Below, piece after piece: positions 1 to 5,039 of a stretch of DNA of 5,039 bases; the first letter of the stretch is position 1; the number at the start of each line of letters is the position of its first letter. Under the pieces are notes generated by a model, which did no database searches, was not told where the DNA came from, and worked only from the letters and a program-made list of their open reading frames with translations. The position numbers were made by a program, and so were the translations under genes. The stretch is from a virus (taxonomy: Duplodnaviria > Heunggongvirae > Uroviricota > Caudoviricetes). The stretch is taken from the IMG/VR virus record IMGVR_UViG_2778261066_000006; one strand, 5' to 3'.

Positions 1-279
1 ATGCTTCCATCGGAAACGATGATCTGGCAGCCTGAGTTCACAGATAAAACACTCTCCAGGAAACCCGGGGCGGTTCAGTTCGCCCCAAAAAAGCGAATCT
101 TTATCCGTTTTGGCAAAGGCTTTGACGAGTACCTCATCATTACCTTCTTCCCAAATTTTTTCCGCCGTTTTTTCGTCGTACCCGGCAATTTCAAAAATGG
201 CCTCGGCTATTTCTGGCGACGTATTACGCAGAGATGCCCATTCACCTACGTGATGAGCTTTCGCTTCTTGAGTTGGCAT
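1..279 (-). CDS. yccJ: YccJ-family small protein; frame stays open to the window edge
   Basis: Minus-strand translation from ATG (revcomp of 277-279) gives [67 protein letters not shown]..., matching E. coli YccJ as I recall it. It lies immediately downstream of wrbA in the same orientation, as in E. coli. No stop codon is reached before position 1, and the tail after WGE differs from the YccJ C-terminus I remember. Confidence 0.8.
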   Translation of the reverse strand, partial: MPTQEAKAHHVGEWASLRNTSPEIAEAIFEIAGYDEKTAEKIWEEGNDEVLVKAFAKTDKDSLFWGELNRPGFPGECFICELRLPDHRFRWKH

Positions 280-299
280 GCGTATCCTCCTGTTGAAGA

Positions 300-866
300 T
301 TAGCCGTTAAGTTTGACTGCCAGACCAGCAACATATTCCCCCTGATAACGTGCGATCGACAGCTCTTCCTGGCTGGGCTGGCGTGAACCGTCACCGCCTG
401 CGATGGTGGTTGCGCCATATGGCGTTCCGCCGCGAACCTGCGAAACGTCAAATAACTCCTGGGCCGCGTAGCCAATAGGAACAATTATCATGCCGTGGTG
501 AGCAAGGGTCGTCCAGGTTGAAGTAATGGTCTGTTCCTGGCCGCCGCCGGTGCCGGTAGAGCTAAAAACGCTCGCCAGTTTGCCGTATAGCGCACCGGAA
601 GCCCACAGGCCGCCAGTCTGATCCAGGAAGGTACGCATCTGCCCTGACATATTGCCAAAGCGGGTCGGAGTACCAAAAATAATGGCATCGTAATCTGCCA
701 GTTCTTGCGGAGTTGCAACGGGGGCAGTTTGCGTTTTACCGCCTGCTTTTTCGAATAATTGCGGCTGCATGGTTTCCGGTACACGCTTAACGACAACTTC
801 CGCGCCATCAACTTTGCTTGCACCTTCAGCGACTGCGCGCGCCATCGTTTCAATATGTCCGTACAT
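300..866 (-). pseudogene. wrbA: wrbA NAD(P)H:quinone oxidoreductase (flavodoxin-like), 5'-truncated by insertion of foreign DNA; residues ~11-198 retained
   Basis: Minus-strand translation reproduces WrbA from [33 protein letters not shown]... to ...[13 protein letters not shown], with TAA stop at 300-302. The first ~10 codons (MAKVLVLYYS in E. coli WrbA as I recall it), the RBS and the promoter are absent. Sequence above 866 is AT-rich and unrelated, with an in-frame TGA at 867-869. Confidence 0.9.
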
Positions 867-2793
867 TCATTGTGGCATTGTTAAACAATTCACCCATTGA
901 ACTAAAAATTCTACTCCATCCTTCGTTAATCATATTCGGTTTATTAGGGTCACCAGAATACACAGGATTAAAGTCACTACCCACACCTACCCCAGATGGA
1001 TGCATATTAGCGTTTTTGACTACTTCCTGATTCATAAAATCCAGTGCTTTCTTCAATGCATATAAACCAAGAGTGACGCCTCTGATTTGTGGAATCATTG
1101 AAGCTAATGCTAACGCTGTTTCATAACCGTCATCAGCATAACCAATTGCAAGAGCACTACCTACACCACCAGCTACACCTTTCAGTTTTCCACCACCTTT
1201 ACCAGTAGCTACCTGACCAGCCACCTGATTAGCTCTTGTACCTAACGTTGTGATTGCTCTTGTCAGGTTCATAACCCCTGTAGTAGCACTGAATAGTGTC
1301 TTTGCAGATAACGCTATAGCAAGACCTTTGACAAAATTGATAAAACCATCACCGACTTCATCAAGTAGTTTTCGTTTAGTGTCATCAAGGCTGTAATAGG
1401 TCTTCTTAATCTGTAGAATCCAGCCTTCAAGGTGATTGTTAAAGATACGGATGTCATCTACACCAGCTTTAAGCATGTCGATAAGTCCACCGATAGCATC
1501 ACCAGCGATAGAAGAACTCATCCCCATTTCACTAAGCAGGTTACTCAGGCTGGATAAGAAGCCGTTTAACTCATCCTGTGAACCTGAGAAGATTTTCACC
1601 ATCGTATCATCCCAGTTGTTAGCCAGTTTCCCTAAAGCTGTCTGAGTGCTCTTAGCGACTTCAGCCCAGCCACCTGCTTTATCAATCATCAAGCCCATCT
1701 GTTTAGCGACTTTAGGGAGAGTATCAGCGGAAAGAATCTTCCCGTTTTTCATGGCTGCATCAAGCTCTGTAGCAGTCATACCCAATGCTTCAGCGAATAG
1801 TTTAAATGCACCTGCCATACGGTCACCTAACTGACCACGAAGTTCTTCAGCCTGAATCTTGCCCTTGCTCGCCATCTGCTCAAAAGCTTTCAAAATGCCG
1901 TTTAGCTCGTCGTTAGAAAGCCCCATTAAGCGACTCATAGCCGTTGCATTACCAAATAGCTCCTGTGTCTGTTCCTGTGACATAGAACCCTGAGCACCTG
2001 CTGCAAACTTAGCGTAGCTTGATAGCCCTTCAGAGATATTAAGACCTGTCTTGTCTGCTAAATTTCGAATAAATACCTCAGCTTCAGAGGCTTTATCACC
2101 AAGTACAAACTTAGCGGCTCTCTGTGCGGAATCTCGTTTAAGACCTGCATTCATAATGGCCTTGTAAGCGTTAAGAGCACCCATCACAGAGTAAAATGCA
2201 CCAGATAATTTAATCGCATTGCTTGCAAGATTATTAAATGCGTCGCTTGTATTGTTAATGCTGGCGGTCTTTGTCTGTGACCTGAGTTTATTCAACGTTT
2301 CACGAAGAGATTGATTTAATTTTGCAAGTTCAGCGTTAAACTTTTCACTTCCAATATTACCAGCCTTACCGCTTAAGCTGTAATACTGTGCTTTAAACAT
2401 TTTAGCCATCAGCGGATTAATATCACCAAGCTTAGACATATTCACGCTATGCGCTGCTGTGATTGCTCTGTTTCCGCTAATTCGTGGCTGTCTTGGTTGT
2501 TTTGGAGGATTAACAGTGTCATTAAATCTGGTGGTAAACTGGAAAGCTTTAGTATTTCTTGCTCTCTGTTCAATCTTGTCAAAGGTCTTATTAAACTTCC
2601 TTTCAAGCTGCCCTAAAGAAGCCGTTAAATTACTATCAAGCTGCTTTGTATTAATCCTGAAACCTTTGTTAAGGTTCTTTTCAATTCTTTGTGCTGACTG
2701 CAAAGCTGCCTTTTCAACTCTTTGCAAGCCCTTAATAACGTCCTCATTGAAGCTTAGCTCAACGATAAAACTATCAACTGTGAATTTGCTCAT
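850..2793 (-). CDS. phage tail tape measure-like protein (647 aa)
   Basis: Long ORF with SD AAGAGGTGA (revcomp of 2801-2809) 7 nt upstream of the ATG. It is alpha-helical, Ala/Lys/Gly-rich and of low complexity. The internal segment ...[57 protein letters not shown]... resembles the conserved tape-measure N-terminal-type domain. Gly-rich hydrophobic stretches near the C-terminus ([48 protein letters not shown]) are typical of tape measure proteins. Domain assignment is by recognition, not by search. Confidence 0.6.
   Translation of the reverse strand: MSKFTVDSFIVELSFNEDVIKGLQRVEKAALQSAQRIEKNLNKGFRINTKQLDSNLTASLGQLERKFNKTFDKIEQRARNTKAFQFTTRFNDTVNPPKQPRQPRISGNRAITAAHSVNMSKLGDINPLMAKMFKAQYYSLSGKAGNIGSEKFNAELAKLNQSLRETLNKLRSQTKTASINNTSDAFNNLASNAIKLSGAFYSVMGALNAYKAIMNAGLKRDSAQRAAKFVLGDKASEAEVFIRNLADKTGLNISEGLSSYAKFAAGAQGSMSQEQTQELFGNATAMSRLMGLSNDELNGILKAFEQMASKGKIQAEELRGQLGDRMAGAFKLFAEALGMTATELDAAMKNGKILSADTLPKVAKQMGLMIDKAGGWAEVAKSTQTALGKLANNWDDTMVKIFSGSQDELNGFLSSLSNLLSEMGMSSSIAGDAIGGLIDMLKAGVDDIRIFNNHLEGWILQIKKTYYSLDDTKRKLLDEVGDGFINFVKGLAIALSAKTLFSATTGVMNLTRAITTLGTRANQVAGQVATGKGGGKLKGVAGGVGSALAIGYADDGYETALALASMIPQIRGVTLGLYALKKALDFMNQEVVKNANMHPSGVGVGSDFNPVYSGDPNKPNMINEGWSRIFSSMGELFNNATMNVRTY
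853..870. other. Host/foreign junction inside wrbA (putative att core/boundary); exact crossover not determinable from one junction
   Basis: wrbA identity ends at ~866/867, and composition changes abruptly from GC-rich to AT-rich across this point. Confidence 0.6.
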
Positions 2794-2823
2794 TCATATT
2801 TCACCTCTTAAGTGTTCATATAC

Positions 2824-2875
2824 AAAAAAGGGAGAAACTACCGATATCACTCGATAATCTCTCCCGTTGATTTTT
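2824..2875 (-). terminator. Weak hairpin between the 69-aa ORF and the tape-measure-like ORF (GGGAGA/TCTCCC stem, 24-nt loop, T-runs on both sides); possible attenuator or partial terminator
   Basis: 6-bp stem 2830-2835/2860-2865, flanked by AAAAAA (2824-2829) and TTGATTTTT (2867-2875). The large loop makes it a weak candidate. Confidence 0.25.
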
Positions 2876-2892
2876 ACCCAACCAATTCTTTT

Positions 2893-3102
2893 TTAATGTC
2901 TGACAAGATAATGTAATTCCGTTTCACCTATGATTTGAGCATCAGAAGGAATACGGTCAATACACCACTTTGGAATCTTGCGTGTTTTTGGTTTGTGTGA
3001 GGTGATAACTTGACGTTTGTTTTTAATTCTTAAGGCTGGATTGGCTTGTAACTTTAAGTTTTCACAAACAGACCGAATAGTCTCTAGACGCTCTTCAAAC
3101 AT
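2893..3102 (-). CDS. hypothetical protein (69 aa), basic
   Basis: ORF with strong SD AAGAGGTGA (revcomp of 3106-3114) 3 nt upstream of the ATG, starting 23 nt after the stop of the upstream 236-aa ORF (operon-like). No recognisable domain. Confidence 0.55.
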   Translation of the reverse strand: MFEERLETIRSVCENLKLQANPALRIKNKRQVITSHKPKTRKIPKWCIDRIPSDAQIIGETELHYLVRH

Positions 3103-3125
3103 TAATCACCTCTTTTAATTCATAG

Positions 3126-3836
3126 TTAAAGTGTCTTGCTATACTTCTGAGAAATCTTAGTAAGCTGCTCAATATCAGCCTGCATAGCAATCTTCTTCTG
3201 CGTTTCATAGTCACTGATTAGTTGCTTCATAGCTCTAAGCTGGTTAGCAAGCTCTTGCTTAAATCTGTTTAATTTTTTGCTATGACGCTCAAGTAGATTC
3301 TTTTCAGCTAACTGACAAATCTCTTCATCTGTTTTATCAGACAGTAAAATATATGAACCTGTACCGCGTGAAGCTGGTCTAACATCAATTAAACGGAATC
3401 CTTCAGGGATGTTTTGAAGAACTTTTGAGATATTCTCTCTTGCTGTACCAAAACCATCATTATCTTCAACTGAGTAATATACGAATGGATTTTGTCTAAT
3501 TTCCACTTCAATATCAAAATCAGTTGGCTTTTCAGTCTCTTCAAAGTTCTTCACATTGTCGTAAGCGTCATCTAATCTAAGGCGCTGTGCTTTTAACTGT
3601 GGGTAATATTCACGCTCAAGATTAAATAGTGCTTCAGTTTTACCAATATCGGGCATCTCTTGAGGCTCAGGCGTCACAAAGATGATTTCCTTTGGTGACA
3701 TCTTTAGCGATTGCTCAAGCTTAATTCTTTCATCGTGTTCTTTACGCTGAATAGTGATAGCTGGATGTTCAGTCTGTGGCGACCAGTCACCGAAGCTATC
3801 AATCTTTTTACCGTTAATGTAAATATCGTTTGTCAT
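3126..3836 (-). CDS. hypothetical protein (236 aa), acidic/charged with predicted coiled-coil C-terminus
   Basis: ORF with SD AAGAGGA (revcomp of ~3844-3850) ~7 nt upstream of the ATG. Same AT-rich composition as its neighbours. First gene of an apparent 236aa-69aa-(tape measure) transcription unit. No recognisable domain. Confidence 0.7.
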   Translation of the reverse strand: MTNDIYINGKKIDSFGDWSPQTEHPAITIQRKEHDERIKLEQSLKMSPKEIIFVTPEPQEMPDIGKTEALFNLEREYYPQLKAQRLRLDDAYDNVKNFEETEKPTDFDIEVEIRQNPFVYYSVEDNDGFGTARENISKVLQNIPEGFRLIDVRPASRGTGSYILLSDKTDEEICQLAEKNLLERHSKKLNRFKQELANQLRAMKQLISDYETQKKIAMQADIEQLTKISQKYSKTL

Positions 3837-3865
3837 TGTTTTTTCCTCTTCTAAGCTAAAGTATT

Positions 3866-3951
3866 TCAGTTTTTAAAAAGCACACCTGACAGCCTACAAA
3901 CTTAGAAGAGACTTAAAAGGCGGTTTGCCAAGTATGCTTTTTAAAAACTGA
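3866..3951. repeat. Perfect 17-bp inverted repeat pair (TCAGTTTTTAAAAAGCA at 3866-3882; TGCTTTTTAAAAACTGA at 3935-3951) flanking a 52-bp spacer; candidate operator or regulatory element upstream of the 236-aa gene
   Basis: Directly read: the two arms are exact reverse complements. Each arm also contains the palindrome TTTTTAAAAA. The pair sits 30-115 bp upstream of the 236-aa ORF start. Confidence 0.5.
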
Positions 3952-3986
3952 ATAGCCCTAGATAATTTCTTATAAAGGGCTATTCA
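3949..3986 (-). terminator. Candidate intrinsic terminator (11-bp stem TGAATAGCCCT/AGGGCTATTCA, 16-nt loop) followed on the minus strand by G+UUUUU
   Basis: Perfect 11-bp stem read directly. On the minus-strand transcript the stem is followed immediately by GTTTTTAAAAAGC. Could terminate transcripts from the 107-aa gene, though it lies ~330 nt downstream of that stop. Confidence 0.4.
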
Positions 3987-4315
3987 TAAGGTGAAGAAAT
4001 TAAAAAAAACATCTGAAGGATTCAATAACGAATGAACAAGAGTACTTTTCGAGATGACCTCTCAGACTAACCTGAAAGGCCATGTAGCGAAAAGCATTGC
4101 ACCTTTCCAACTCAGAATATAGTTATCATCGATGTAGAGACGATTAATAGTTTAATTCAGGAAGAATTGCTCTCCCCTATATACAATCTTCTCATGCTTA
4201 AGGTTATTTGTCAACAGCTTTTTAACAGATTGGTAACATCAATTCTTATTTACTGTGTTACCCACCCAGCAACCAACAAATAGCCCTAGCAACGTCCAAG
4301 CAATTATTAAACCCA

Positions 4316-4639
4316 TTAGTGAACCCTCACAGAATCCGTAACCAGAATATTGTCAGCGTGCAAAATTACTATAGCCGCCTTGAGATATTGTTCAGGGCTA
4401 ACACTGTATTTGTTCGTTTCTTCGATAATAATACGCTTCATGTTTGAGTCTGTAATTGGTAGCATCATTCGAGGCTCGTTAAACTCCACCGACTGAATAA
4501 AGTCAGAGATGCTTTCCGCATTATCAGCCATTAACTCTAACAACTTATCAAAGTCAATGATAATACCTGCATCAGTGAAAGCCTGAATCATCATGGTGGT
4601 GTCGCTATCAACGAAAATCTGTAATTCGTAATTATTCAT
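4316..4639 (-). CDS. hypothetical small acidic protein (107 aa; ~18 Asp/Glu vs ~7 Lys/Arg)
   Basis: ORF with SD AGGAGA (revcomp of 4649-4654) 9 nt upstream of the ATG, TAA stop at 4316-4318. No recognisable domain. Confidence 0.65.
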   Translation of the reverse strand: MNNYELQIFVDSDTTMMIQAFTDAGIIIDFDKLLELMADNAESISDFIQSVEFNEPRMMLPITDSNMKRIIIEETNKYSVSPEQYLKAAIVILHADNILVTDSVRVH

Positions 4640-4910
4640 TTCTTAAAATCTCCTTTTTACCAGACCTCCTCAATCGCTCTGTAACGAGCTAAACAGTCTT
4701 TTTCAGGGGTAGCCTGTACAGTGGTATTACCCACCCTAAAATAAGGTAGTTTTTTGCGTTAGAATGCGATTGAGAGCGTCTGAGAAGCTGTTTTTCTAAT
4801 TTCTCTTAAAGTCTCGGACTTGCATAAGATTTTTTGGTCTGGTATCGGCTCTGTTACCATTTCGATGGATAATTTGCTTGTTGGATTGATAGCCATGATA
4901 AAGGAACCAG

Positions 4911-4933
4911 GGTGATGCTGCCAACTTACTGAT
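4911..4933 (+). repeat. IS1 left terminal inverted repeat (IRL)
   Basis: GGTGATGCTGCCAACTTACTGAT is the canonical IS1 terminal repeat. Confidence 0.85.
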
Positions 4934-4965
4934 TTAGTGTATGATGGTGTTTTTGAGGTGCTCCA

Positions 4966-5039
4966 GTGGCTTCTGTTTCTATTAGCTGTCCCTCCTGTTC
5001 AGCTACTGACGGGGTGGTGCGTAACGGCAAAAGCACCGC
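4966..5039 (+). CDS. insA: IS1 InsA (N-terminal 24 codons; partial at window edge), GTG start
   Basis: Translation from GTG at 4966 gives (M)[24 protein letters not shown], the InsA N-terminus including its CxxC motif. Confidence 0.85.
   Translation, partial: [24 protein letters not shown]

Larger units (their letters stand above)
867..4910. mobile_element. AT-rich horizontally acquired segment (prophage or prophage-like integrative element terminus) inserted in wrbA; continues beyond IS1 and the window
   Basis: Abrupt drop in GC content (by eye) relative to 1-866. The segment starts exactly where wrbA is interrupted, carries a tape-measure-like gene, and all its genes are co-oriented. wrbA is a known integration site for E. 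coli prophages. Confidence 0.7.
4911..5039 (+). mobile_element. IS1 insertion sequence, left end (partial; continues beyond window)
   Basis: 4911-5039 matches the IS1 left end from memory: GGTGATGCTGCCAACTTACTGATTTAGTGTATGATGGTGTTTTTGAGGTGCTCCAGTGGCTTCTGTTTCTAT(T/C)AGCTGTCCCTCCTGTTCAGCTACTGACGGGGTGGTGCGTAACGGCAAAAGCACCGC, with one synonymous difference (ATT vs ATC). Confidence 0.9.

Noticed and set aside
1-303. 100-aa ORF on the plus strand starting at position 1
   Set aside because: It is entirely antisense to yccJ, which gives a recognisable conserved protein on the minus strand, and has no RBS context. Treated as a shadow ORF.
242-853. Minus-strand ORFs 242-484 (80 aa) and 488-853 (121 aa)
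   Set aside because: Both are alternative frames inside or overlapping wrbA, whose own frame yields the conserved WrbA protein. The 121-aa one is Arg/Ala/Leu-rich low complexity typical of an off-frame artefact.
818-2857. Plus-strand ORFs 818-1030, 1436-1645, 1646-1834 and 2459-2857
   Set aside because: All are antisense to the 647-aa tape-measure-like gene, with Leu/Ser/Phe-rich low-complexity translations and no convincing RBS. Treated as shadow ORFs.
3102-3836. Possible lambda G/GT-style programmed -1 frameshift fusing the 236-aa and 69-aa ORFs (tail chaperone signature)
   Set aside because: The 69-aa ORF is in the -1 frame relative to the 236-aa ORF, but that frame is closed by a TGA at 3106-3108, downstream of the 236-aa stop (3126-3128). 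There is no overlap in which a frameshift could make a fusion.
4054-4122. 22-codon plus-strand ORF (MTSQTNLKGHVAKSIAPFQLRI) in the intergenic region
   Set aside because: No Shine-Dalgarno sequence at proper spacing, very short, and no recognisable motif. Not supportable as a gene.
4209-4214. Perfect -35 hexamer TTGACA on the minus strand as a promoter
   Set aside because: No acceptable -10 hexamer at 16-18 bp spacing; the nearest TATATA is ~25 bp downstream. A single hexamer in AT-rich DNA is weak evidence.
867-4910. Identification of the element as the Stx2 phage 933W/Sp5, or presence of stx or integrase genes
   Set aside because: Only the insertion site (wrbA) suggests this. No stx, integrase or lambdoid regulatory genes are in the window, and the composition and gene content adjacent to the junction do not obviously fit. 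Left as an unidentified element.
1-5039. CRISPR arrays, tRNA or rRNA genes
   Set aside because: No regularly spaced direct repeats and no tRNA-like or rRNA-like sequence were seen on either strand. The only notable repeats are the inverted-repeat pair at 3866-3951 and the IS1 terminal repeat.

Overview
This window is a chromosome/island junction from an Escherichia/Shigella-type genome. Positions 1-866 carry the host yccJ-wrbA pair on the minus strand, but wrbA is cut off at about codon 11. From ~867 to 4910 the DNA is AT-rich and foreign (GC estimated by eye at mid-30s % versus ~50% for the host part), consistent with the terminus of an integrated element in the wrbA prophage attachment locus. 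All its genes lie on the minus strand and read toward the junction: a 647-aa tape-measure-like protein whose last ~5 codons and stop come from host wrbA sequence, a tightly coupled 236-aa + 69-aa pair of unknown function, and a strongly acidic 107-aa protein. A ~480-bp non-coding region between them holds a perfect 17-bp inverted-repeat pair and a terminator-like hairpin. The right edge (4911-5039) is the left end of an IS1 copy. No integrase, tRNA, CRISPR array or toxin gene is visible in the window. The unknown-function genes are the best candidates for anything novel, but I cannot assign them a function from sequence alone, and no homology search was possible.
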